This document shows, piece after piece, positions 9,653 to 19,793 of a stretch of DNA of 64,000 nucleotides. The notes under the pieces were generated by a model. That model saw nothing but the letters and a program-made list of their open reading frames with translations, did no database searches and was not told the origin of the DNA. The stretch's first letter is position 1. Each line of letters begins with the position of its first letter. The position numbers were made by a program, and so were the translations under genes. This DNA is from Barthelona sp. PCE (taxonomy: Eukaryota): the NCBI GenBank assembly GCA_040285745.1, contig JAUFOR010000002.1, positions 1,302,001-1,366,000 on the forward strand. The letters are read 5' to 3'.

Positions 9653-11200
9653 CTAATAATGAAAAGGGAAGAAGTAATCCACAATTTGCTGGGCTACCAA
9701 ACGGGGTTTATCAAAGAATACATAATGACCACTGTTAACAGTAATGTATTTAACATCACCCTCATTTGCCAAACATCTTGCGTGTTCTGTTGCCCAGTCC
9801 TGTGCCCTCTCCTCTGATGGTTGCGGGTCTAGCTCAGTTGCAGTCATAATCAGAAACTTTAAACCGCTAAAAGAACCACAAACCGGTTCTAGCCAATCAT
9901 CAACTGCTGCGTACACCTCCGGTGTGTATGTCATGAGCTCCCGCCTCCAAGCCATGGAGTGCTTTGAATGCGCATAAGCTGTAGCTACATAAAAACTGTC
10001 AACCAAACCAATGCTTGACCATGAGTAGACATTGGGTGTCAGCAACCCAAATGGTATGAGCAAGGGGCCAAAGAACCCCCGCAGAGACTCAAGCATGGGG
10101 TATTGCTCAATTGTCTGTAACGGTCCTGTATACTGATGCTCTCGTTCGTACCAAGCCTGATTCAGAAAATATGGAGCCGCAGCATCAAACCATACAATAC
10201 CATTAAGGCTTAACCCCGCCTCATGTGCATACTTAATCATAATAACTGAGTGTATTCCGCTGATTGAGTGTGCCCCTAAAACAATCCTGGCGCTTGGAAG
10301 GATATAGCTGTTAAGATATGCCTGAGTTCCCCTCCTCATACCGCTGAGAACCTCAAACATGAGCCTGCCGAGGTTGTCTGGAGTGGCTTCAAACCCCCAT
10401 GAATAACCTGCCTGTCCTAAACCAGGTCTGTCTATGGCGCATGAGCTTATGTTCTTCTTTGCCAGTTCCTGAACCAGCTGATAATATGTCACAGCGGGTG
10501 CCCCTTGTCCTGTGAAAAAGATAAATCCTTCTGATGAATTGTATGGGCCTCCACAAAAGGCAGAGATCTGTAGGTCACGTCCATTGTTATTAATGGCTAT
10601 AGGAACACCTGGAATCTCGGAATAAATGGCACTTGTCACCTGAAGGTGATCCAGTGATACCGTACATAATAAAATAACAGTGATTATATAACAAATTATA
10701 AATGTTATATTGTGCTTTGTGATGGGGCCTGGTACCATATCCTTGGTTCTGTAGCTAATATCGTCGGTCTCTCTCACTGGGACATAATTTTCGAATGAAA
10801 GAAATGCTACACCTAAGGTTAGCACTCCTGACAACACAAAAATAATTCCAACGATTGCAGAATATGTGGTTATAAAAACGTCAGCTCTTATTGCTAGGAT
10901 GATGAGACCAAACGAGATGATGTAGCCTATCACAAAGATTGCGCAAATAAAGAAATGTCCAAGGTGGTGAAAATGTGATATCTCTATCCTTATAGGATTC
11001 TTATATAAATATAGGCCCAGGAGATGAACTAGACTCCCACACACACAGTATATGAGACTGTGAAACCGTAGCACAAAGATACAAACTAGAGCGCATAAAA
11101 ATGATAGAGCAGCCACTAGAGACGAATAGTATTCGAACATGGACTTTTCGTTCTTTGTGTTGTGTCCGCCTGCGCCATCTACTGGCTCGACAACGTTCAT
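9653..11200 (-). CDS. Multi-TM protein fused to an alpha/beta-hydrolase domain
   Basis: About 5 N-terminal hydrophobic helices; DRPGLG, nucleophile elbow GAHSISG, C-terminal SGHYV His motif. Confidence 0.75.
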   Translation of the reverse strand: MNVVEPVDGAGGHNTKNEKSMFEYYSSLVAALSFLCALVCIFVLRFHSLIYCVCGSLVHLLGLYLYKNPIRIEISHFHHLGHFFICAIFVIGYIISFGLIILAIRADVFITTYSAIVGIIFVLSGVLTLGVAFLSFENYVPVRETDDISYRTKDMVPGPITKHNITFIICYIITVILLCTVSLDHLQVTSAIYSEIPGVPIAINNNGRDLQISAFCGGPYNSSEGFIFFTGQGAPAVTYYQLVQELAKKNISSCAIDRPGLGQAGYSWGFEATPDNLGRLMFEVLSGMRRGTQAYLNSYILPSARIVLGAHSISGIHSVIMIKYAHEAGLSLNGIVWFDAAAPYFLNQAWYEREHQYTGPLQTIEQYPMLESLRGFFGPLLIPFGLLTPNVYSWSSIGLVDSFYVATAYAHSKHSMAWRRELMTYTPEVYAAVDDWLEPVCGSFSGLKFLIMTATELDPQPSEERAQDWATEHARCLANEGDVKYITVNSGHYVFFDKPRLVAQQIVDYFFPFHY

Positions 11201-11958
11201 ATGATTGTGGAGAAAGTGATTTATGACTTAACACAAGCTGATTCCTGCTTTCTCATTGTAATAACGCAAATCACAATGGTTGAACAGGACTATATTGCCT
11301 TTAAATGCTATTAATGACCTCTACGTAAAGTTGCACAATCTGCTGTTCTGATCGCTTCAGCACACTTATAATTATATTTATGAGATAAATCACGTGTCAA
11401 CTCACTATCTAAAACTGGATTATATCTTGTTAAACATATGAAACTAAACAGGGGAACTTAATATTGAACAAAAGCCTTCTTTTTTCTATAATATGTTGTA
11501 CTATTCGAAACACTATGAATTATGCAAAATTTGTATGCTACAATCATAGAAAGCAAAAAGGAAACTTCTATAAATATGCGCATTGAATATTTTTGTCTCT
11601 TTAGAACCTTTAAACTTACTTAAACACGTATAAATACTGAAATAATTCGGTTACTAATTGTACAGTCAATACCAAGCCTTCCAAAATTCCAAAGTACTTT
11701 CAGAACCTTATTAGACTGAAATTCCACAGCAAAACAGTGTTCAATCGGCTTATATTGGCAGTGGATCAAAAACAATTAAGGACTATCTGAAAACATAGAA
11801 TTTATGAAAAATCTTAAGATTTACACACATTACGAAACTTTCAACACCTGAAACTTCGATTCAGATACATATACAATCTCTATCAGCATCATCAGTAACA
11901 TTCCGTCGCCAATGGCCTTATTAGAAAATTTCATCCTTTTCTTCAACAAATACATATA

Positions 11959-12726
11959 ATGCGTAAGACTGTTATTGGTGGTAACTGGAAATGTACCGGA
12001 ACTAAGCAATCCGTTAAAGATTTAACTGAAGCTTTCAACGCATACGAAATCCCTGAAGGTGTTGAGGTTATCATTGGCGCTCCCTTCCTCCATCTCCCTT
12101 ACTTGATCGAGAACCTTAAGCCTGAGATCAAGGTTGCCGCTGAGAACTGTTCCAAGTACGGTTACGGTGCTTATACTGGTAGCATCAACCCCGAGATGCT
12201 TGTTGACTTCGGTCTTGAGTGGGTTATCCTCGGTCACAGTGAACGCCGTCACGTCTTCGGTGAGACCGACGCTATCCTGGCTGAGAAGACCCGTGCTGCT
12301 CTTGACAATGGTCTCAATGTTGTCTTTTGCATTGGTGAGCTCGAGGAAGAGTTCCGTGCTGGCAAGACCAACGAAGTCTGTGGTCGTCAACTTGATGCCA
12401 TTCTCCCCGTAGTCAAGCCTGAGGAGTGGGGCAAGATCATTATTGCCGCTGAACCCGTCTATGCCATTGGTACTGGTATTGTCCCCACTGATGAGCAGAT
12501 CGTCAAAACCCACGCTTTCATCCGTGAATGGTTTGCTGAGAAGGTTTCCCAGGAAGTTGCTGATGAGATTGTCATTCAATATGGTGGTTCTGTTAAGCCC
12601 GCTAACTGTGAGCACCTTGCTACCCTTGCTGGTGTCGATGGTTTCCTTGTCGGTGGTGCTTCCACCAAGGCTTCTTTCACTGATATCATTGCCTCTGGTG
12701 TCACTATCAACGCTCAAAAGCAGTAA
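11959..12726 (+). CDS. TPI: Triosephosphate isomerase
   Basis: GGNWK, GHSERR, EPVYAIGTG, YGGSV, GFLVGGAS; strong high-expression codon bias. Confidence 0.98.
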   Translation: MRKTVIGGNWKCTGTKQSVKDLTEAFNAYEIPEGVEVIIGAPFLHLPYLIENLKPEIKVAAENCSKYGYGAYTGSINPEMLVDFGLEWVILGHSERRHVFGETDAILAEKTRAALDNGLNVVFCIGELEEEFRAGKTNEVCGRQLDAILPVVKPEEWGKIIIAAEPVYAIGTGIVPTDEQIVKTHAFIREWFAEKVSQEVADEIVIQYGGSVKPANCEHLATLAGVDGFLVGGASTKASFTDIIASGVTINAQKQ

Positions 12727-12768
12727 ATATTGTGCTATTCTTCTTTTATCCTTTTTCAAAACATTGTT

Positions 12769-13413
12769 ATGTCATTGACTGCTTTAAGGGCACTTCAAGC
12801 GGGCAATGTATCCATGGGAAATAAAAGCGAAGGGTCTGAACCTCCTAGAAAGATGCAAGCCGTTTCTTACTACTTGCTGATCAAGAGGGTTCCATACAAT
12901 ATTGACGAAAGTGACATTGCAGTAAGTTTGGGGTTGGGGCGTGATCAAGTTGAGCTTTTACTCACAAAACGAGGGAATTTTTCTGGACAAGCAAAGTTAA
13001 CTTTGAATTTTCGTGAAAAATTTGATGAAATTCTGGATATGGGAAGTGTAGTGCTACAATCCGGAAGTAGAAAGTCCAAAATAGTACCCTATGATCAGAA
13101 AAAGAAAAACACAACTTTCACAGAGCTTTATATCCCCGGTTGCACAGATTTAAAGGCTTTATGTGCTTCGGTTGAACAAACACATAATGTTCAGATCAAA
13201 AACGCTCGACTAAGTCTTAAAAATGCAGTTTTATCACTGGGAACTAATGCTGATGCTGAAAAAATTTTACTTGGTGCATCTATAAACGTGAACGGTAAAA
13301 GCTATCCAGTGTTCATGTACCACCCAAGGAAAGCACATAAACGAAAGAAGCAAAGTAATGAACGAAAGAGACGTACTGTTAAGATTGTAATACCTGACCT
13401 TGCGCCAGAGTGA
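12769..13413 (+). CDS. Basic protein with degenerate RRM-like domain(s)
   Basis: LLIKRVPYNIDESDI...GNFSGQAKLTL resembles RNP2/RNP1 spacing; Lys/Arg-rich C-terminus; first ATG at 12769. Confidence 0.5.
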   Translation: MSLTALRALQAGNVSMGNKSEGSEPPRKMQAVSYYLLIKRVPYNIDESDIAVSLGLGRDQVELLLTKRGNFSGQAKLTLNFREKFDEILDMGSVVLQSGSRKSKIVPYDQKKKNTTFTELYIPGCTDLKALCASVEQTHNVQIKNARLSLKNAVLSLGTNADAEKILLGASINVNGKSYPVFMYHPRKAHKRKKQSNERKRRTVKIVIPDLAPE

Positions 13414-13528
13414 TGATCCAATTCTGATCAGTAAGTCCAATTTAACAAAGTGCGTCGGAATATTCTAAATACTATGATGCAATTGTTTCATAAAATCATA
13501 GGTAAATAAATATTAAAAATACTCTTTT

Positions 13529-14146
13529 TTACTCTGTGAGTTCCTGTCTACACGCTGCAAAGAACGGATACATGGTCAAGTATGACTCATACACCTCCTT
13601 TTGCGTCTTGCATGACAAAGCAATCGTTTTACCGCTTCTATAAACTCTAATCTTAGCGTTACCTCCACTTGGAATCATCACTTTTGCAGCAGCATTCACA
13701 TCCGGCCTGTAATCGATGCAGTTAAACGGTGTCAACTCGGTCTCTAAAGCATATAGGTCGATTGGAAATCCCAGGTCACATTGGACAACCATGTGAACAA
13801 TTTCTATATCGATACTATTGTTTGTGGGGTTGCAGTTGAATCGACGCAGCGCCCTCAGGAGCTTGCGCACGGCTATATCGTTATCTTTCTCTGATTTAGC
13901 CCCGGTCATTAGCATACGACCGTTGCTGAATAAGGAAAGAGTTACTGAAGGGTTACTGAAGCGCACATACATGGCGGGGAAGCGCTGAGGCATGTATCTT
14001 GCACCGCGGATAACCTTTGCAAGCTCAGATAAATTCGGAGCTTCTGGGAAGTCGAGCTTGGTCTTTGCTACCACGTTACAAATTCTTATACGGGTAGAAG
14101 TTCTGGATTCAAACTTTCGCTGAAGTTCTGATACATCGTCGGACAT
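13529..14146 (-). CDS. TBP: TATA-binding protein or TBP-like factor (divergent)
   Basis: Two TBP repeats: NVVA...YMPQRFPAMYVRFSNPSVTLSLFSNGRMLMTGAKSE and HMVVQCDLGFPIDL...YRPDVNAA...RVYRSGK. Confidence 0.9.
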   Translation of the reverse strand: MSDDVSELQRKFESRTSTRIRICNVVAKTKLDFPEAPNLSELAKVIRGARYMPQRFPAMYVRFSNPSVTLSLFSNGRMLMTGAKSEKDNDIAVRKLLRALRRFNCNPTNNSIDIEIVHMVVQCDLGFPIDLYALETELTPFNCIDYRPDVNAAAKVMIPSGGNAKIRVYRSGKTIALSCKTQKEVYESYLTMYPFFAACRQELTE

Positions 14147-14312
14147 TTAATAACAATGAACAAAAAAATATGGAAAACAAGCAAGGGTAGAAAGAAAAAA
14201 ATCAAAGAAACAACAAAGAGGTGAATTCTATGATGTTTGTGTGTGATGAAGAATGAGTCCCAAACAAAGAAAAGGCAGAATTACTCGACTACACATTTTC
14301 TCCTCCATTTCA

Positions 14313-15557
14313 ATGAGTGCTCCTTCAGCACCTGCATCTGTGAACATACCTGTTGTTCCAAGTGTTCCTAATGCACCTAATGCACCATACTCTCATTATC
14401 AACCTGAGAATGAATACATTCAAGAGCCTGAAGCTGTCCACATATCTCCTGTGGTGATATTTTTCAAGTTCCTCAAGAATAAGCTGTGCTCTGCAAGCTT
14501 GTCTGGTGAATTCTTTGGTTTGTTGATAATTTTTCTTACTTTTATTGCACAAGTTTTCACAATATTATCAGACAGTAAGGCGTATCGGTTCTGGGTATTT
14601 GTCCTATCCTTCATTTTGTTCTTTGTCAAGAATATAGCATATGATGATATGTTCAATCCATGGTCTGATGATATCCAAACTTTTGTACCGTTCAGAATCA
14701 TTGCATTTATCTTTGATTTTGTGATTGTATCAATTTTTTGTTTGTACATACTAGTCTATATTACTAATCTTTCCTATGTGTTTACTTTCTTCGGATATGA
14801 ATCTGATTACTACGACAATATACAATCATTTAACATATATGAGCGCTTCAGTTGGATATGGTCATGGTCTTTGATCTGGCAAGGAATGATTTATACATTC
14901 TTTATGTGCTGTAGTATTCTTCCTTTCGTTGTCATGGGTCTTAGCGTTGTTTGTGGCTTTAATTTTATAGCAGTCTTTAGTTCGTTGGGTAACATCAGCA
15001 ACATGTCTTCTGCTGATGGTGGAAGAAAGTTTATGATTCTCACGTTTTTCTTCAACCTTATTTCAATTGTTGGTGCAGTAGGTGGATGGTTTTTGATATA
15101 CCTTACTGGTACATACGCAACAGAGATCACAAGTGCTTGGATTGTGCTCATATCTTTTATTTATTGCTTGTTCTATTACGTTATGATCTTGAAAGAAAAA
15201 TCCAATGATGCGCTTGACTTTGGTAGTAATGATGAAGATATTTTTGTGGGCTCTGTCATCCAAGGTGTTCTTATGTTCTTCTTCTGTTTCCAAGTATTTG
15301 CATATTACTTTATTTCTTCCATTGAGTATTTAATGGCCAAGTTTTTTGGAGGTTATACTTTGCACACTTTCAAGTTTTATTTTGGTCTTTCTTGGAGCAG
15401 GTTTGGACGAATGTGGTTGTACATATTAATTGTTTTTGCTTTTTTAGGAATTATTTTGGGGCTGTTAGCGTATGTTAAAAAATGTGTATCCTCATATCAG
15501 CAATTTGCTGCTGAATTTGCAACACAGCAAGGAAAGAAGAAAAAAGGAGAAGTTTAG
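14313..15557 (+). CDS. Hypothetical polytopic membrane protein
   Basis: Pro-rich N-terminus followed by about 9 hydrophobic segments; family not recognised. Start at 14313 preferred (alternative 14253). Confidence 0.7.
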   Translation: MSAPSAPASVNIPVVPSVPNAPNAPYSHYQPENEYIQEPEAVHISPVVIFFKFLKNKLCSASLSGEFFGLLIIFLTFIAQVFTILSDSKAYRFWVFVLSFILFFVKNIAYDDMFNPWSDDIQTFVPFRIIAFIFDFVIVSIFCLYILVYITNLSYVFTFFGYESDYYDNIQSFNIYERFSWIWSWSLIWQGMIYTFFMCCSILPFVVMGLSVVCGFNFIAVFSSLGNISNMSSADGGRKFMILTFFFNLISIVGAVGGWFLIYLTGTYATEITSAWIVLISFIYCLFYYVMILKEKSNDALDFGSNDEDIFVGSVIQGVLMFFFCFQVFAYYFISSIEYLMAKFFGGYTLHTFKFYFGLSWSRFGRMWLYILIVFAFLGIILGLLAYVKKCVSSYQQFAAEFATQQGKKKKGEV

Positions 15558-15575
15558 TTTATCAATTTTTTCATT

Positions 15576-17735
15576 TTATTCATGAAGTTGTACATTTGCT
15601 GGATTTTCGAAAAATTGACTGAGTATCTCGAATGAAAAATCGTTCAAATTGATAATTGCATCAAATTTCTCAATATGCTGCTGTACAATTTTATATCGTC
15701 CTTTTAATCTCCACAAGTCAATAAATAAATCAATAAGCAACCCCTTTAGGAAATCCAAGTCCCTCCTGCTTTGCTTCTCTTCTACCATTAATTCAAACTC
15801 ATTGTCCAAAACTTGTTGATATTTTTCAGGCAACTTGGCATCAAGCTCGATGTGCATTGATATCTCCTTAATCCAAGGGAGGAGTTGAACGCTACTAACA
15901 ACGTTCACGGCCTTCTCCATCTTCGGATATAGCAAACCAATGACGTGTCGAACTGCCTCCATTGAAAGTACAACGCTAGGCCTAATCTGGATGAAGGACT
16001 GTGTAGCCCTTGTTGAGACGAATTCCTTCACAATAGCAATGATTGAACAGTTGTTACTACAGAATGTCGCCTTCTCCTCTTCTAAATCAATCTTTAGGAA
16101 CGTTTGCAAAAATACATTTTCAAAGAAAAACTTATCATTCGAATTTCGTATGTTAAAGTCTGAGATGACGTCTGCAAGCCATGTTTTCATGTCTAAATCA
16201 GTAAAATTTCCTTCGATAGTCAATACGTGATGATCCAAACCCGAATATTTAGTTTGGTACTCGTTCTTCGAAATCTTCGTGTGAAGAACAAGAGGCTTAA
16301 TAGGGATCTTAACCAAAGCAGCGCTTCGTGGCTGACTTAAACCGAGAACCTTACACAAAATGTTCCCACTCGCACCCTCTATCACTCTGAAACTAAAGGA
16401 CAAGTTGGATCGATGCTCGGGTGACGCGTACACCAGCTGGACGGGAACGCCCTGGTCGTCTTCCTGATTACGGGACAAAACTGTATTCTCTCCATCAACG
16501 ACGTCAAGGCCTTCCGCGCTGACAATCTCGATCTGGACATCACTGACGATCGCAACGTAATCAACATTGACATCAGCCTCCAAGAAAACATTGACAACCG
16601 CGTTCGAGCTATCTATATTGAATGATGAATGTACACGTACAGTCTGTACTGTCGCAATACCGGACTTGCTCAATTCTTTAAACTTATCAGCAGATGCTGT
16701 CACCTTTGACTCCAAATTACCAATGATCTTTTTTAGTTTTGCAACCTCTATGTTACTTTCTTCGAGACTGATCTCTTCTTTCTCTTCCTCTTCTGTCGCC
16801 TCCAACGGTTTCAGGCACACAACCTTACCGGAGTACATGACAAGGGCAATCTCATTCAAAGTAAGCTGCGTGAACTTTCCAACCAGGATTTTTGAAATGG
16901 ACGATGAAAAGTTCTCACTATAAATTGTAGTATAGCTGTTCCCGTCCATTCCCAACACGAAAACATCGCCGTTATCACATCCTACGACACAATACTCATC
17001 GTTAAGATTAAATCTGGCCTGTTCCAAGCATACTGGGAAACTTGTTGTTTTTAACTTCATTTCAAACACTTTAACAAGCTCTGTGTTACGCACATTGAAT
17101 TTTCCAAACATTCCTTTACGCGTTCCATAGTATAAAGCATCATTTTCATCATCAAAAAGTAAAGCAGTAACATTCTCCTCTAAGAAGACCCTGGATTCAA
17201 CACCGTCACTATTCTTGATAACCTGAATGGAGCTATCTGAACACGCGACAAACGCCCTGAAGTTGTTGCTGTTGGGTGGAGTAAATGCAACAGCTGTTAT
17301 ATCCTCTCCTGGAATTAGAAATCCTGAACCGCACTCATCCTCAAAAAAATTAAGAGCAACCTCACCTGCTGTGACAAGTTCAACCCCACTGACGTGCAGA
17401 TTACTGATATCCTCAGACAAACCGGATTCAAATTCGTAAAAAACACTACCCTTTTTTTTAATTCCAAAAACATCTGTTTCCATGGCTACGAAGGCCCTGT
17501 CGAGCTTTTTGCCCGGAATTCCGCTTAAACACATGCTTGTTACACTTGAAGAGAAAGATTTTGACCATGCCTGTTGAAACATCTGTTTCCGATAACTAAA
17601 ACATGTTACTGTACCATCAATGTCACCTGCTACAAGTTTCTGACACTTTTTCCCGTTAAACGGAAACGCAATAGCACAATTCCTTTCAATAGGACCCAAA
17701 CGTGCTATTTCCGTATTTTGAAAGAATAATTTCAT
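15576..17735 (-). CDS. BBS7: BBSome subunit BBS7
   Basis: N-terminal QKLVAGDIDGTVTCF, YSGKV, RVIEG, KPLVLH, C-terminal LLIDLFID; 719 aa. Confidence 0.9.
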   Translation of the reverse strand: MKLFFQNTEIARLGPIERNCAIAFPFNGKKCQKLVAGDIDGTVTCFSYRKQMFQQAWSKSFSSSVTSMCLSGIPGKKLDRAFVAMETDVFGIKKKGSVFYEFESGLSEDISNLHVSGVELVTAGEVALNFFEDECGSGFLIPGEDITAVAFTPPNSNNFRAFVACSDSSIQVIKNSDGVESRVFLEENVTALLFDDENDALYYGTRKGMFGKFNVRNTELVKVFEMKLKTTSFPVCLEQARFNLNDEYCVVGCDNGDVFVLGMDGNSYTTIYSENFSSSISKILVGKFTQLTLNEIALVMYSGKVVCLKPLEATEEEEKEEISLEESNIEVAKLKKIIGNLESKVTASADKFKELSKSGIATVQTVRVHSSFNIDSSNAVVNVFLEADVNVDYVAIVSDVQIEIVSAEGLDVVDGENTVLSRNQEDDQGVPVQLVYASPEHRSNLSFSFRVIEGASGNILCKVLGLSQPRSAALVKIPIKPLVLHTKISKNEYQTKYSGLDHHVLTIEGNFTDLDMKTWLADVISDFNIRNSNDKFFFENVFLQTFLKIDLEEEKATFCSNNCSIIAIVKEFVSTRATQSFIQIRPSVVLSMEAVRHVIGLLYPKMEKAVNVVSSVQLLPWIKEISMHIELDAKLPEKYQQVLDNEFELMVEEKQSRRDLDFLKGLLIDLFIDLWRLKGRYKIVQQHIEKFDAIINLNDFSFEILSQFFENPANVQLHE

Positions 17736-17843
17736 GATATTTCCCTATATGAGGCAAAGGCTCGTGAAAAAAATAACAAAAAAGATGTACAAAAAGAAAA
17801 AACATCTTAGAATCAGCAAAAGTATTTAATCTTTATTTGCGAA

Positions 17844-18878
17844 TTAGAAATTATCCTCAATATCATGCTCGTTCAGCCCATCGTCTGTGCTCTCTAAACC
17901 AGACATCTTTAATATACGTGCAGATAAACTAACAATTTTGTTCTCAACAACGGGTGAATCTTCAAACAATTTTTGCTTGTAAAAGCTATCCATATCTGAT
18001 GCAGATGCTGTGAGATCCATGTCTGCTATCTCCAACAGACTAGCTTGCGTTTTAACAGGGGTTGATACACTTTTCTTAGGTGATGCAATAACTAAACTTC
18101 TATGTAACTTCTTCTTCTTATCTGTCTTAATAGTATATTGCTTTTTTAATTGATCAACAACCTTACGCTTCTCAAAAATTTTGTTCTTCAAATTTTCTGT
18201 GTCCTCTGTCTCCTCAATCAACTTCTGCTTCAAATCTACAATCATATCCTTCTTTTCATTGAATTCTTCATAATCAATACCCTCTCTCTCAAACAAAATC
18301 TCTCCAATAGAATCATATTTGCTTGTAAGCTTTTCAAACTCATCCTTTAGTGTGTTTAGTTCCAATATGGCCTTAGAGTGGTTCTTTTTCAACACACAAT
18401 AATTGTCCATATAATCTTTTAAGAGCTGTGTGTGCTTCAATTCATATTCTCCAATACTCATCTTCAAATCTTCAATATCAGCCTCAAAAACCTTCACTTT
18501 CTCTTTGTCAGCAAGTAATTCTTCTTTTCTAGCAAGTAAACTAGCCTTGCGCTTCATTATCTCGGTGTGCTCATCTTTAACAATCTGGTGCTCCTTCTCC
18601 CTGTCCTTAAGATCCTGCTTATAGAAAGACAAACGTCCTTCAATGACACCAAATAAATGTAGATCTGTGTTATTCAAATCTTCTCGCGAGTTCACAACTG
18701 CTGAAGGTAGTACAGTGTGAAAGGCTTCCTCCAGCTCTGTTTCGTTCTTTTCGGGGATGCTTACCTCATCAGGAATCGATACTTCAATATCTACAATTTT
18801 CTTCGCTTCAGCTTCGTATTCGTCGTTAATAACATTGCTGCTGTCCAATTTCAGAGCAAAGGGTCTGAAATCTGCCAT
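17844..18878 (-). CDS. Hypothetical coiled-coil protein
   Basis: Long E/K-rich ORF; first ATG at 18878. Confidence 0.7.
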   Translation of the reverse strand: MADFRPFALKLDSSNVINDEYEAEAKKIVDIEVSIPDEVSIPEKNETELEEAFHTVLPSAVVNSREDLNNTDLHLFGVIEGRLSFYKQDLKDREKEHQIVKDEHTEIMKRKASLLARKEELLADKEKVKVFEADIEDLKMSIGEYELKHTQLLKDYMDNYCVLKKNHSKAILELNTLKDEFEKLTSKYDSIGEILFEREGIDYEEFNEKKDMIVDLKQKLIEETEDTENLKNKIFEKRKVVDQLKKQYTIKTDKKKKLHRSLVIASPKKSVSTPVKTQASLLEIADMDLTASASDMDSFYKQKLFEDSPVVENKIVSLSARILKMSGLESTDDGLNEHDIEDNF

Positions 18879-19170
18879 TATTAGCCCAGTTACTTGCAAT
18901 AAGAATGCGAAATGGGAAAACAACCAAAAATTTCCTCCTTTGAAATAGTTCGATGTTCAAATTGTTTTTCTCTGGAATTTCACCACGCTCACCAAAAATA
19001 GAGCTATAACAAGTCTCACATGACCTGAAATACATTGAATACCTACACAACCTATAAGCATAAATTGTGATGGTTCAAACCTCCAAGTAGCAGTATTTAA
19101 CCCCGTTTCCCTCATTCAAGTAACCAAAATAAATCACAAACTTGTTACGCATTTCTCTCCCATTTCATCA

Positions 19171-19775
19171 ATGCCTAATCTCAAACTTTTCACACTGTGT
19201 TTCCTCGTGGCTCTCGTGTGCGCCACTGCTAGGTCAAAAATAACACCTGAAAACAAATGCGCGGGTATGTTTCTCTTTGTCATTGTATGTACTTATTTTT
19301 AGGATGTAGAACCATTATGCAGCAATTCCAGGAACAGTTGGAAGAAACAGACCCCAAGAAGACCATAACATTAGGTTGGCGTCTTGGATCCAACGGAAAA
19401 AGACAATCTAGAACAGTTTTGTACCGTAAATCATCTATTAGAGTGAACGAAATCCTTGATGGATTGTGCACGAACGTTGAAAACTACGGAGTTTCTACAC
19501 AAGATGATGGAACAAAAATATTCAAATCATTAAGTGGGGGCGGTACTATTTCTGGTGGATTCCAGATAAGCTCTGACGCCACCCTTGCGTTAAGAAGTGC
19601 ATGTTCTCACGTTGCTCACGATAACGATGAGGTTCTTGTCGATCTAGTTAAGAACGATGAACCCTATTTATTTGATGCCATTTGCGTACATGTAACTGGC
19701 ATGTGTCCCACAGAAGCACTCCTCCATCCGAATTACATGAGTGATTACCTGGAAGATATGTTGGATGAATTATAA
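19171..19775 (+). CDS. Canopy (CNPY/DUF3456, saposin-like ER protein); exons 19171-19264 and 19303-19775
   Basis: Splicing restores signal peptide plus KCAGC; GWRLGSNGKR, YRKSSIRVNEILDGLC, LRSAC; C-terminal LDEL is a KDEL-like ER retention signal. Confidence 0.85.
19265..19302 (+). other. 38-nt spliceosomal intron
   Basis: GTATGT...ACTTATTTTTAG; removal joins the signal peptide to the canopy domain in frame. Confidence 0.85.
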
Positions 19776-19793
19776 ATAAAATAGAAACCTTTA

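Noticed and set aside
12022..12759. 245-aa antisense ORF over TPI (likewise 42504-43298 over RPL8 and 39754-40110 over cathepsin B)
   Set aside because: Shadow ORFs produced by strong codon bias in highly expressed genes; no protein motifs.
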